DNA of 64,000 bases from Macrostomum lignano (Eukaryota): NCBI GenBank assembly GCA_002269645.1, contig NIVC01001879.1:117564-181563 (forward strand), written 5' to 3'. The translations under genes and the position numbers were made by a program. Below are positions 13,728-27,160 of the stretch, piece by piece (position 1 is the stretch's first letter; every line of letters starts with the position of its first letter). A model generated the notes under the pieces. That model ran no database searches. It was not told the DNA's origin and was given only the letters and a program-made list of their open reading frames with translations.

Positions 13728-15479
13728 TTAGACTTGCTCGAGCACCAAAGTGGCGTCGAATGTTTCAGCTTTGCAGCCGGAATTCGTATTGCCGCGCGTT
13801 CCACTTCTGGCCGGATCGTTCTTGTCCTCTTCGTCGTCGCCTGTCCGAGGCGCCACGGCTCCGGTCCAGACGGAACAGCAGCCGAGCAGGCAGTCGTGCA
13901 GCAGCTCGAGCACCTCCAGCACAGTCAGCAGAGAGCAGCCCATGTAGAGGCCCAGAATGCCGCCAGCATCCGACACGAGGTTAGCCAACTCGTAGCTGCG
14001 CTCGATTGTGACTGTCGGCCCCAAGGATTTTCCGGCTTTGACCTTGATTTGCATCAGCTGGTCCTGCATATAGTTGCTGGCGATCAGACTGCGTTATGTG
14101 GTCATGTTGTCTAGCATCTCCATAAGGATAGACTCCAATTCAACATATCCGGGATGCGTTTCGTTAGATAAACGACCTCTATTGACTGTCATTAGGATGC
14201 TCCATAATGATGCGACCTGATTAGAGGAAAAAATTCTAGGCCAGGTACCAGATGAATACGTGAGGGTGTAGCTCCATGTTTCGCAAGGACGTCTGTTTTT
14301 GCAGTATCTTTGAATTTTCCTCTGATCAAGCGATTCGTAAAAATAGTCATTTTCATTCAGAAATGTTTTATTTCTCTGATAGTTACTTTTGAATAGTGGT
14401 CCATTAGTGTTCAAGCATCCGAGGGCGCTTTCGAATCTTTTGCTCCTCGGAAGCAGGTGGTTCACGCAGCCGCTATGCTTCATCAACAACTCGTTTATTC
14501 TCTCAGAGCGGCAAAGGTACTGGCTGTACTGGTAAGCCGTCTCGGACCCGTTGTACGGACTTACAATCCTCATGGGCTCGGGATCAGAGAGGCACTGCAT
14601 CCCCTTGGAAAGTGTCAGCTTCTCCATCTCCAGGTTAATTGTGTACTCTTTTCCAGAGCTCAGCTGCAGAACAGAGTCAGGACTCGGGTAGTGACCTCGT
14701 TTAGCAAAGTACAAGTTGACTCCACTCCAACCCTTCAAATTGATACCCCAGGTAAGATCCCAGGTAAGAAAGTCGAAACCGGATTGCTTTTCCAAAGGCA
14801 CCGGAGCGATATCAATCTTCTTGGAAAACTTGATGAAGGTACCATCTACAAACAACATAATTTCCAGATAATTGTTCTCAATGCTCAGAGCTTCTCTCTG
14901 CTCATCTGTGGGCTCGAAGCGGACACAGTTAAGCTCGGACGGGCTGTAGAAGGTGCTGAAGTGAACCTTTTCTCGACCCATTCCATTGATTGCATTTCGC
15001 ATAACAAGCTGATCGGCTCTGTGACCCAATCTGTCACTGAGCAGCCGATATGGCAAGGTTGCCATCAGAGATTGGGCAAATTTACGAGAAGCATGTTGAT
15101 GAGATGGTATGCCAAAAAGTTCATTGGTTTTGTTCACATAGCTGTTGATTTCTGACACTTGTTGTGAGTCCTGCAGGTAGGGATAACTTCCTGACACAAT
15201 GTTCGTGCTGCAGATGACCAGGTCCGGGAACTCGAACTCTACCGAGTCCTCCTGCAGAGTGGTCGTCTGCGGCTTTTCATGGTACTTGTTCACAAAGACT
15301 TGCACCTGGATGACAAAGATCGTCATGAATGAGGCGAAAACCAGAAGCCAAATTAGTTTGATGTAGATTGGTCGCTGACCAGAGAGTCTGCTCAAACCGT
15401 GAGCAGATGTGCTCGACAGCCAAGCTTGAACAGGTAGCAGAATTGCTGCCTTGTGGACTGCGGTTGGTTTCTCTGTCAT
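13728..15479 (-). pseudogene. Intronless DEG/ENaC (amiloride-sensitive channel family) copy 1, with one in-frame nonsense codon before TM2
   Basis: STSAHGL (HG motif), TM1, FPDLVIC, Cys-rich ectodomain, then TAA at 14094-14096 where copies 2 and 3 have GAA. The same frame continues to SDAGGILGLYMGCSLLTVLE. Confidence 0.88.
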
Positions 15480-17539
15480 CTTTTTGGGTCAAGATTCAAA
15501 GCCGCATGTATAAGTACTGTATTGACAATAACTCAACAAGGAATACCGACCTTAGTCCCGTAGGTTCTCTCTTTTCTGACCGCAGTCGTCACCGAAATCT
15601 CAAGAGCGCAGTATGATGAATCTGTCAATCCAGAATTGAAAATGACGGACTTCCCTACATTTACATGTGTATGTAACCTAAATGTTCTGACTGGGCATTT
15701 AGCTAGAATGTCAGCCATTGGCTGATGTGGCTCTCAAAGTCAACTTGATCTGTGATTCAGTACAATGGCAGCATTTGTCCAGCAAATTCTACTAGTATAA
15801 CCATTCGGTAATATTCATACTACATGTACATAGTCATTTTCAACTGAAAGCAGTAGTATGTAGTGCGCATATTTACAAGCGTATTATTGATTTGTTAACT
15901 AGCAGTAATAGCCCCCCCCCCCTTCTTGCGGCGGCAACAGATGATGGAATAGAACTTTCCTTTGGCATCTCAGCATTCCTTTTTTCACCTTGGCAGCCTG
16001 GACAGGCCTGCAATGACATTATTTAGCTTAGCAATATGAACTTTATGAAGCTATAAACAGTCCAGAGTTGGTACTAAAGACTGTGCATCAGTTCCAGGGG
16101 GGTTGGTAGTCGCCCATTGCGCTTTAGATCTTTAGGCCCCAATCCTGCTGAACTCCTAAGAAGAGCCAAAGATGTTGTGGGTAAATTTGCGAATTTTACC
16201 TCGCGAAGAAACTATAACCACCCGAGTATCCTTCCAAATATACTTTTCTAGCATTCGTTAAGTTACCTAAAACTCGGAATTGGCAGCAGTTATAGTATAA
16301 ATCCGCCCATCTTATTTGACAGAGTAGCAGCCGTGTTAGAAACAAGGGAGCACGACAAGGGAGCTGGAGCTTCTTTATAAGAAGTCCATGGTCGGGTTGC
16401 AGTCCTTTGAAGCAGGGAGGCTGTCTTTGAGCAATCCATCCATCAAAACTGGTTGGGGTTTCCAGTGGACGTCAGGCTGACGTGGAAGCGCCGACGCAGA
16501 TTAGAGGCGCTGGGCTCGCAATCAGAGAGGATGTTAAGGCTAATAAAATCGGCTAAGACCTTGTCTCTGAAGTTGAGATAAATATACCAGCGTATGACAA
16601 AAGCTATCGTCAATCATGAGGTTTGTCAAGTTTAAAATGGACACCGGCTTCGAGTAGTCGACGAGTCGTCTTAAAAGCCTTGTAGCGTACTTTAATAACT
16701 TTCTCGAAATTTCGTTAGATTTCTAAAGTCAAAAAGATTTATATTTCCAGAAACTTATTCAAGTTAGCATCTTATCTATAACATACGCATATAAATAGTA
16801 AATAATTATTTATTACTTAACTGTTAATATTCTACTCGTATTTGCGTAACGTATATAATTAAGTGTTTAATCGCTTTGTTAAGATGCGCTCAATCTTTCT
16901 AGAAATTTCCGGAAGACAGTCCTATATACTAAAAATGTGATGTCTATATATATATATGTGATCGATTAGAGAAAAAATGGCTGGAACGATTTTGTTCGAA
17001 CTTGCACTGTTCGATCAGAAATTTTCCCGTGACGGTACATGCATCGTGGCTAAGAAATTGCTCGATGCTAAAGGCATTAAATATTCGAAAAACATGCTTT
17101 TTTGCAAAGGTCAAGCAAACTTTTTGACTTGAAATGCATTGTAAGAATGCTAGAGAAAAAACTGACTGGTTGAATTCTGACTCTGAAATAGATTGCATCA
17201 TAACTGAATTGTAACTCCGACTTGAATTGAAAATGCAGTGTGGAAGCGTAGCACCAGACTTGATTTAAATTGCGTAACCATATTGTTAACTGATACTGAC
17301 TGACTGAGAAACTGATTATGTCATAACTGCTTCGTGTGATTTACTCTATGCTTGGATTTAAAAGTGTTGAGTTATATAAGTGCAAAAGTTGATGTTATCA
17401 AAACGATGAGAGCTAGCCTAAAGGTGAACAAACTGAACTGCTAAATGCAGTGACGATGGTTTGAATTTTCGATGGTTTGAATTTGAGTATAATTTTTTTA
17501 ATTAAAGCTTTTCAACGTCAGGAAAACTAAAAGACTTTT

Positions 17540-20500
17540 TAAAAAGAAGCGTCATATAAAAATCGTAGAAGCGTCATGTAAACAATCATAAAAGCGTCAT
17601 GTAAAAAATCGTAGAAGCGTCATGTAAAAAATCTTAGAAGCGTCATGTAAACAATCATAGAAGCGTCATGTAAACAATCATAGAAGCGTCATGTAAAAAA
17701 TCGTAGAAGCGTCATGTAAAAAATCTTAGAAGCGTCATGTAAACAATCATAGAAGCGTCATGTAAACAATCATAGAAGCGCCATGTAAAAAATTGTAGAA
17801 GCGTCATGTAAACAATCATAGAAGCGTCATGTAAAAAATCATAGAAGCGTCATGTAAACAATCATAGAAGCATCATGCAAACAATCATAGAAGCGTCATG
17901 TAAACAATCATAGAAGCGTCATGTAAAAAGTCATAAAAGCGTCATAAAATCATAGAAGCGTCATGTAAAAAATCATAGAAGCGTCATGTAAAAAATCATA
18001 GAAGCGTCATGTAAACAATCATAGAAGCGTCATGTAAACAATCATAGAAGCGTCATGTAAAAAAATCATAGAAGCGTCATGTAAACAATCATAGAAGCGT
18101 TATGTAAAAAATCGTAGAAGCGTCATGTAAAAAATCATAGAAGCGTCATGTATAAAGCATAGAAGCGTTATGTAAAAAATCATAGAATCGTCATGAAAAA
18201 ATCATAGAAGCGTCATGTAAACAATCATAGAAGCGTCATGTAAAAATCATAGAAGCGTCATATAAAAATCGTAGAAGCGTCATGTAAACAATCATAAAAG
18301 CATCATGTAAAAAATCGTAGAAGCGTCATGTAAAAAATCTTAGAAGCGTCATGTAAAAAATCTTAGAAGCGTCATGTAAACAATCATAGAAGCGTCATGT
18401 AAACAATCATAGAAGCGTCATGTAAACAATCATAGAAGCGTCATGTTAACAATCATAGAAGCGTCATGTAAACAATCATAGAAGCGTCATGTAAACAATC
18501 ATAGAAGCGTCATGTAAAAAATCATAGAAGCGTCATATAAAAATCGTAGAAGCGTCATGTAAACAATCATAGAAGCGTCATGTAAACAATCATAGAAGCG
18601 TCATGTAAACAATCATAGAAGCGTCATGTAAACAATCATAGAAGCGTCATGTTAACAATCATAGAAGCGTCATGTAAACAATCATAGAAGCGTCATGTAA
18701 AAAATCATAGAAGCGTCATGTAAAAAATCATAGAAGCGTCATATAAAAATCGTAGAAGCGTCATGTAAAAAATCTTAGAAGCGTCATGTAAACAATCATA
18801 GAAGCGTTATGTAAACAATCATAGAAGCGTCATGTAAACAATCATAGAAGCGTCATGTTAACAATCATAGAAGCGTCATGTAAACAATCATAGAAGCGTC
18901 ATGTAAACAATCATAGAAGCGTCATGTAAAAAAATCATAGAAGCGTCATATAAAAATCGTAGAAGCGTCATGTAAACAATCATAAAAGCATCATGTAAAA
19001 AATCGTAGAAGCGTCATGTAAAAAATCTTAGAAGCGTCATGTAAAAAATCTTAGAAGCGTCATGTAAACAATCATAGAAGCGTCATGTAAACAATCATAG
19101 AAGCGTCATGTAAACAATCATAGAAGCGTCATGTTAACAATCATAGAAGCGTCATGTAAACAATCATAGAAGCGTCATGTAAAAAATCATAGAAGCGTCA
19201 TGTAAAAAATCATAGAAGCGTCATATAAAAATCGTAGAAGCGTCATGTAAACAATCATAGAAGCGTCATGTAAACAATCATAGAAGCGTCATGTAAACAA
19301 TCATAGAAGCGTCATGTAAACAATCATAGAAGCGTCATGTTAACAATCATAGAAGCGTCATGTAAACAATCATAGAAGCGTCATGTAAAAAATCATAGAA
19401 GCGTCATGTAAAAAATCATAGAAGCGTCATATAAAAATCGTAGAAGCGTCATGTAAACAATCATAAAAGCGTCATGTAAAAAATCGTAGAAGCGTCATGT
19501 AAAAAATCTTACAAGCGTCATGTAAACAATCATAGAAGCGTCATGTAAACAATCATAGAAGCGTCATGTAAACAATCATAGAAGCGCCATGTAAAAAATC
19601 ATAGAAGCGTCATGTAAAAAATCATAGAAGCGTCATGTAAAAAAACATAGAAGCGTCATATAAAAATCGTAGAAGCGTCATGTAAACAATCATAAAAGCG
19701 TCATGTAAAAAATCGTAGAAGCGTCATGTAAAAAATCTTAGAAGCGTCATGTAAACAATCATAGAAGCGTCATGAAAACAATCATAGAAGCGTCATGTAA
19801 AAAATCGTAGAAGCGTCATGTAAAAAATCTTAGAAGCGTCATGTAAACAATCATAGAAGCGTCATGTAAACAATCATAGAAGCGTCATGTAAACAATCAT
19901 ACAAGCGCCATGTAAAAAATCGTAGAAGCGTCATGTAAAAAATCGTAGAGGCGTCATGTAAACAATCATAGAAGCGTCATGTAAAAAATCTTAGAAGCGT
20001 CATGTAAAAAATCTTAGAAGCGTCATGTAAACAATCATAGAAGCGTTATGTAAACAATCATAGAAGCGTCATGTAAACAATCATAGAAGCGTCATGTTAA
20101 CAATCATAGAAGCGTCATGTAAACAATCATAGAAGCGTCATGTAAACAATCATAGAAGCGTCATGTAAACAATCATAGAAGCGTCATGTGAAAAATCATT
20201 GAAGCGTCATGTAAACAATCATGGAAGCGTACTGTAAAAAATCATAGAAGCGTCATGTAAACAATCATAGAAACGTCATGTAAACAATCATAGAAACGTC
20301 ATATAAAAATCATAGAAGCGTCATATAAAGAATCATAGAAGCGTCATGTAAAAAAATCATAGAAGCGTCATGTAAAAATCATAGAAGCGTCAAGAAAAAA
20401 TCATAGAAGCCTCATTTAAAAATTAATGAAAGTGTCATTTAAAAAATCATAGAAGCGTCATGTAAACAATCATAGAAGCGTCATGTAAACAATCATAGAA

Positions 20501-20940
20501 GCGTCATGTAAAAAATCATAGAAGTTTACTGTAAACAATCATAGAAGCGTCATGTAAACAATCATAGAAGCGTCATGTAAACAATCATAGAAACGTCATA
20601 TAAAAATCATAGAAGCGTCATGTAAGCAATCATAGAAGCGTCATGTAAAAAATCATAGAAGCGTCATGTAAAAAATCATAGAAGCGTCATGTAAACAATC
20701 ATAGAAGCGTACTGTAAAAAATCATAGAAGCGTCATGTAAACAATCATAGAAGCGTCATGTAAACAATCATAGAAGCGTCATATAAAAATCGTAGAAGCG
20801 TCATGTAAACAATCATAGAAGCGTCATGTAAACAATCATAGAAGCGTCATGTAAAAAATCATAGAAGCGTCAAGAAAAAATCATAGAAGCCTCATTTAAA
20901 AACTAATGAAAGTGTCATTTAAAAAATTAAGAAGCGTCAC
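17540..20940. repeat. 23-bp satellite (AGAAGCGTCATGTAAACAATCAT), about 3.4 kb
   Basis: Direct tandem units with few variants. Confidence 0.97.
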
Positions 20941-21796
20941 GGTAGAATAAAAGAAACGTCATGTCAGACATGAAGGGTTCATGTAAAAATTAAATGCAAC
21001 TATAATGCTGTGCTGGGGAGAAAAACTGAGACGTCAAGGCTCTCAGAGAATAACTGAGATTACGGGGGGGGGTTTCTGAGATGTCAAAGCAAAAGTCAGA
21101 AGCTACTTCAAAGTTCGTGTACTTTACTCCATTTTTTATTGCATTCTTTGTTGGCTCGTCACGGGGGGGGGGCGCTGATAGAAGAAAAGTCATGTAAAAA
21201 ATAAAAGTAGCACTATGTATACATAAAAGAAAAGTCATGTCGAAGTTAAAAGATTCATTTGGGAATTGCTACGATGTCAAAGCTTGGTGGAAATCGTTAT
21301 AGTGCTGTGATTCTTAAAGAAAGAATCACTAAAATGTTAAGGCTTAGGGGAGAAGAATTGCTGAGATTTCAAGGCTTTAGGTTGGGTTAAAGTTAGGTTT
21401 AGGTCAGGTATGGGTTGAGGGTTATATTTTATCGGGTTTCAAGGTTAACAGGGGATTTTTTAGATTTCAAGGTTTATGGGGGCCATTGCTGACATGTCAA
21501 GGCTTACGGGGGGAATAGCTGAGATGTCAAGGCTCACGGGGGTATAAATGAGATTTCAAGGCTAAAGTCAGAAGCTACATGTAGTTTATTGAAAACTTTT
21601 TATTACATTATTTGATGCCTCCTCAGGGGAGGGATCGCTGATAAAAAAGCGTAATGTAAAAAATAAAAGAAGCTTCATGTCGAAGTTAAGAGATTCATTT
21701 GGGAATCCCTACGATGTTGAGGCTTGCAAGGAATCGCTATAATGCTGTAGTAGTGCTATAATGACTCTTAGGGAGAATTACTGAAATTTCAATGCT

Positions 21797-21858
21797 TTAG
21801 GGTTAGGTTAGGGTTAGGGTTAGGGTTAGGGTTAGGGTTAGGCTAGGGTTAGGGTTAG
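21797..21858 (+). repeat. Interstitial telomeric repeat (TTAGGG)n, about 10 units
   Basis: TTAGGG tandem run. A degenerate copy lies at about 21375-21425. Confidence 0.9.
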
Positions 21859-22749
21859 AAGGTTGACAGATATTTTTAGATTTCCAAGGCTTATTGGGGG
21901 CATTGCTGAGATGTCAAGGGGGGAAGTTGATATGTTAAAGCTTGTGGGGGGATAACTGACATGTCAAGGCTTACAAGGTTTGACAGGAGATTTTTTAAGA
22001 TTTCAAGGATACATGTAGCTTATTAAAAAAACGTGTATTGCATTTCTTTGGCTCCCCAACGGGGGGCGTAGATTGCTAGTCCATATACTAAAAATGGTCT
22101 GTCGGTATGTGTGTGTGTGTATGTGTGTGTGTGTGATCGATTTTAGCAAAAACGGCTCAACCGATTTTCTTCGAACTTGCACTGTTCGATCAGAAATTTT
22201 CCCGTGACAGTACATGCATCGTGGCTAAGAAATTGCTCGATGCTAAAGGGATTAAATATTCGAAAAACATGCTTTTTTTGCAAAGGTCAAGCAGCTCTTT
22301 CGACTTGAAATGCATCGTAAGAATGCTAGCAGAAAAACTGACTGGTTGAATTCTGATTCTGAAATAGATTGCATCGTCTGTGTACTGGCTGAATTTGACA
22401 CTCAATTGAATTGCGTCACAGCTTTGAGTGTGAAAGCATAGCGCAGTACTGAATTTATATTACGTAACCATATTGTAAACTTTCATAGACACTGGTACTG
22501 ACTTGCCTAAGAAATTGATTATGTCATAACTGCTTCGTGAGACTTTTTACTCTACCTGACTTGGTGTGAGTGTTGAATTATATAAGTGGTACAACATCAC
22601 TGATAACTTCGATGAGAGCTAGCCTAGAGCTGAACAGACCAGACTGCTAATGCAGCGACCTAGGTTCGAATCTAAGTAGTTTAAAAGTAGTAGTGTAAAT
22701 TTTTTTATTAAAAGGTTTTATTAAAGGACTAAATAAAAACACTTAGATT

Positions 22750-25300
22750 ACTGCACTCGATAAGCCAAGGATTATTGCTATTAATAAACCAAGGACTACT
22801 GCACTCGATAATCCAAGGACTATTGCTCTTGGCAAACCAAGGATTACTGCACTCAAGAAGCCAAGGATTATTGCTATTAATAAACCAAGGATTACTGCAC
22901 TCGATAAACCAAGGACTATTGCTCTTGGCAAACCAAGGATTACTGCACTCAAGAAGCCAAGGATTATTGCTATTAATAAACCAAGGATTACTGCACTTGG
23001 AAAACCAAGGATTACTGCACTCGATAAACCAAGGACTATTGCTCTTGGCAAACCAAGGATTACTGCACTCAGGAAGCCAAGGATTATTGCACTTGGAAAA
23101 CCAAGGATTACTGCACTCGATAAACCAAGGACTATTGCTCTTGGCAAACCAAGGATTACTGCACTCATGAAGCCAAGGATTATTGCTATTAATAAACCAA
23201 GGATTACTGCACTTGGAAAACCAAGGATTACTGCACTCGATAAACCAAGGACTATTGCTCTTGGCAAACCAAGGATTACTGCACTCAAGAAGCCAAGGAT
23301 TATTGCACTTGGAAAACCAAGGATTACTGCACTCGATAAACCAAGGACTATTGCACTTGATAAACCAAGGAATATTGCACTTGATAGGCCAAGGATTACT
23401 GCACTTGATAAACCAAGGATTATTGCACTTAATAGGCCAAAGATTACTGCGCTTGATAAACCAAGGATTATTGCACTTGATAAACAAAGGATTATTGCAC
23501 TTGATAAGCCAAGGATTACTGCGCTTGATAAACCAATGATTATTGCACTTGATAAACAAAGGATTATTGCACTTGATAAACAAAGGATTATTGCACTTGA
23601 TAAACCAAGGATTATTGCACTTGATAAGCCAAGGATTATTGCACTTGATAAGCCATGGATTATTGCACTTGATAGTAAAGAATGTTGCACTTGATAAGCC
23701 AAGGATTAATGCACTGGATTATTCAAGGATTATTGATATTAATAAACCAAGGACTACTCCACTCGATAAACCAAGGATTATTGCTCTTAATAAACCAAGG
23801 ATTACTGCACTTGGAAAACTAAGGATTACTGCACTCGATAAACCAAAGACCATTGCACTTGATAAACCAAGGATTATTGCACTTGATAGGCCAAGGATTA
23901 CTGCACTTGATAAACCAAGGATTATTGCACTTGATAGGCCAAAAATTACTGCGCTTGATAAACCAAGGATTATTGCACTTGATAAACCAAGGATTATTGC
24001 ACTTGATAAGCCAAGGATTATTGCACTTGATAAACCAATGATTATTGCAGTTGATAAGCCAAGGATTATTGCATCTGATAAACCAAAGATTATTGCACTT
24101 GATAAACCAAGGATTATTGCACTTGATAAACAAAGGATTATTGCACTTGATAGGCCAAAGATTACTGCGCTTGATAAACCAAGGATTATTGCACTTGATA
24201 AACCAAGGATTATTGCACTTGATAAGCCAAGGATTATTGCACTTGATAAACCAAGGATTATTGCAGTTGATAAGCCAAGGATTATTGCATCTGATAAACC
24301 AAGGATTATTGCACTTGATAAACCAAGGATTATTGCACTTGATAAACCAAGGATTATTGCACTTGATAAACCAAGGATTATTGCTCTTGGCAAACCAAGG
24401 ATTACTGCACTCGATAAGCCAAGGATTATTGCTCTTAATAAACCAAGGATTACTGCACTTGGAAAACTAAGGATTACTGCACTCGATAAACTAAGGATTA
24501 TTGCTCTTGGCAAACCAAGGATTATTGCACTTGATAGGCCAAGGATTACTGCACTTGATAAACCAAGGATTATTGCACTTGATAAACCAAGGATTATTGC
24601 ACTTGATAAGCCAAGGATTATTGCACTTGATAGGCCAAGGATTACTGCGCTTGATAAACCAAGGATTATTGCACTTGATAAACCAAGGATTATTGCAGTT
24701 GATAAGCCAAGGATTATTGCACTTGATAAACCAAGGATTATTACACTTGATAAACCAAGGATTATTGCACTTGATAAACCAAGGATTATTGCACTTGATA
24801 GGCCAAGGATTACTGCACTTGATAAACCAAGGATTATTGCACTTGATAGGCCAAAGATTACTGCGCTTGATAAACCAAGGATTATTGCAGTTGATAAGCC
24901 AAGGATTATTGCACTTGATAAACCAAGGATTATTTCACTTGATAAACCAAGGATTATTGCACTTGATAAACAAATATTGCACTTGATAAACCAAGAATTA
25001 TTGCACCTGATAAGCCAAGGATTACTGCGCTAGATAAACCAAGGATTATTGCACTTAATAAACCAAGGATTATTGCACTTAATAAACCAAGGATTATTGC
25101 ACTTGATAAACCAAGGATTATTGCACTTGATAAACAAAGGATTATTGCACTTGATAAACCAAGGATTATTGCACTTTATAAGCCAAAGATTACTGCACTT
25201 GATAAACCAAGGATTATTGCACTTGATAAACCAAGGATTATTGCACTTGATTAATCAAGGATTATTGCTATTAATAAACCAAGGATTATTGCACTAGCTG
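22750..25300. repeat. 24-bp satellite (GCACTTGATAAACCAAGGATTATT), about 2.5 kb
   Basis: Direct tandem units. These are the source of the spurious LDKPRIIA ORFs. Confidence 0.97.
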
Positions 25301-25419
25301 AGAAGCTGATTACTGCGCTGTCTAAAAAAGAGATTATTGCGCTCGCTGAGACGTGGATTGTTGCACAACCTGAGAAAGCGATTATTGCATTAGCGGAAGT
25401 AACATTTGCACTAGCTACT

Positions 25420-25900
25420 TGCTGTCTCGTGGATGCTTGCTCTCGAGGGGGATACTTGCTATTTGGGAGAGGGGTACTGGCTACATGCATGGGATTCTTT
25501 CTATCCAGGGATGCTTGCTATTCAGGGATTCTTGCTATCTGCAGGATGCTTGCTATTTAGGGATTCTTGCTATCTGCAGGATGCTTGCTATCTGGGTGGA
25601 TGCTTCTATAATATCTGGGGGTGCTTGCTATCTGCAGAATGCTTCTATAATATCTGGGGGTGCTTGATATCTGCAGAATGCTTGCTATCTGGGTGGATGC
25701 TTCTATAATATCTGGGGGTGCTTGCTATCTGCAGAATGCTTCTATAATATCTGGGGGTGCTTGATATCTGCAGAATGCTTGCTATCTGGGTGGATGCTTC
25801 TATAATATCTGGGGGGTGCTTGCTAATCTGCAGATGCTTGCTATCTGTGGTGATTCTTGCTATGAGCATTAGAGGATGCTTGCTATCTGCGATTGTTCAC
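25420..25900. repeat. Degenerate tandem repeat (GGATGCTTGCTATCTG core)
   Basis: Recurring TGCTTGCTATCTGCAGAATGCTTCTATAATATCTGGGG units. Confidence 0.8.
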
Positions 25901-26959
25901 TTTTGGAGGGGGTTGCTTGCTGTCTTGGGAATATTTTCTATTTAGGGAAACGATATTTTGTTGACTGTTTGTTAATTTTAGAGAAAAAGTGATTTTTTAA
26001 TTTTGCAAACATCTTAGTCCGTGACAATTTTACACGAATAAGGTGATTTTTAAAATGTGAAGAAGGAATTAGTGTTTAAGAAAATGTGTTTTTTTATTGT
26101 TTTCCATGAACTATTTTTGCTCCTTTCTTATTGGGCGCCCCGAAGGGGGGCCGCACTAGATTGCTAGTTACAAATCTATAAATATACGGCGACGGCAGTG
26201 ACACGAATCACTCTCCCCTTGTTTTCTCTTCGATCTGATTTCCGTTGATAAACTACTAAATGAACCACCGCCTTGCTCTCATTCAATAACCAACAAAGAC
26301 ATCTACAGCCTCGCCGAGGACGAATTGATATCCTGTTTAAAATACCTTGAAGTAGGCCTTCATCTTAAGTCCTCAGCGGACACTGTCCGACCAAGGTCCC
26401 TCCTTCCGATAGTCCTAAGACTAGCAACAGGGCTGATACTCTCTATATTGAATGAGAGGGGTACTCTATATTGAATCTGCTCACTGTTTCCACTTCCGAG
26501 CTGTAAAGTGTTTTAAATAGGCCTGTAGTATTTTAAAAGGCCTAGTTTCTCGGCGAAATTCTTTTCAAGCAAAGATCTCGCATTGCAGTAAGGACCCTCG
26601 GACTTGCCTGTCTGGTCTCGCACCTTTTCTTCAAGTGGTCTAAAGCGCAATGGACGGCTCCCATCACCCCTGGAACTGATGCACAGTCTTTAGTACAAAC
26701 TCTGGACTGTTTATAGCTTCATAAAGTTCATATTGCTGAGCTAAATAATGTCATTGCAAGCCTGTCCAGGCTGCTAAGGTTCAAAGAGGAATGCTGAGAT
26801 GCCAAAAGAAAGTTCTATTCCTGGCATTCTTCTCGAATCGTTCGTTAAACTATTTTTTAATGTTTTTCGCACTTTCTCCACCTGAGAAGCTTATTTTAGC
26901 ATTTTTTGACATCCCCAAGCTACGAGTATTAAAACAGTAAAATTAACAACTTTGTTTTT

Positions 26960-27160
26960 TGCACTTCCAGTCCGGAACAACGACCATCATGCACTTTGTT
27001 GAACCACGCTCCGCCATGCCGAGCACCCACTGACCAGGTTGGAAGGCACCCTGATGAAACTTACAGTGCATGAAGTAGGACTTGTCGACCTCCACATCAA
27101 CATCAGGGCCACCAAGCTGGACCAAGGTGGTCCTCCAGCACCTGGGCACACACGTCGGGA
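26960..27160 (-). pseudogene. Merlin transposase fragment
   Basis: QLGGPDVDVEVDKSYF...WVLGMAERGSTKCMMVVV is homologous to the transposase at 7482-8453 at both DNA and protein level. Confidence 0.85.

Larger units (their letters stand above)
11050..16130. repeat. Left arm of an inverted segmental duplication (partner: about 26640-26820 plus 29305-32400)
   Basis: Upstream and downstream non-coding flanks of DEG/ENaC copies 1 and 2 align in reverse complement, e.g. GCCGCCGCAAG..GGGGCTATTACTGCTAG, CAATTCTGGATTGACAGA and TGATTGACGCGCTCA. Confidence 0.8.
16920..22079 (+). mobile_element. Helitron-like non-autonomous element A
   Basis: 5' TCCTATATACTAAAAATG plus a microsatellite. The first ~500 bp match element B. 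3' GC hairpin (CCCC-AAC-GGGG) followed by TAGATTGCTAG. Carries a 23-bp satellite and TTAGGG repeats. Confidence 0.62.
22080..26167 (+). mobile_element. Helitron-like non-autonomous element B, directly abutting A
   Basis: Begins TCCATATACTAAAAATG with (GT)n immediately after the CTAG of A. Ends with a GC hairpin and TAGATTGCTAG followed by T. Confidence 0.62.

Noticed and set aside
14457-15155. Long antisense ORFs over the DEG/ENaC copies
   Set aside because: Shadow frames of GC-rich coding sequence, with extents that differ between paralogues.
15950-16700. Decayed coding-like sequence (also 26250-26830)
   Set aside because: It contains multiple stops and no motif I can assign. Recorded only as part of the duplicated arm.
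17540-20940. CRISPR-like regular arrays (here and at 52-57.6 kb)
   Set aside because: The units are contiguous with no unique spacers and no cas genes, and the context is eukaryotic.
22729-25297. Multiple long ORFs (LDKPRIIA, LHLINQGL repeats) resembling repeat proteins
   Set aside because: A 24-bp unit with open frames on both strands. No unique coding sequence or splice context.
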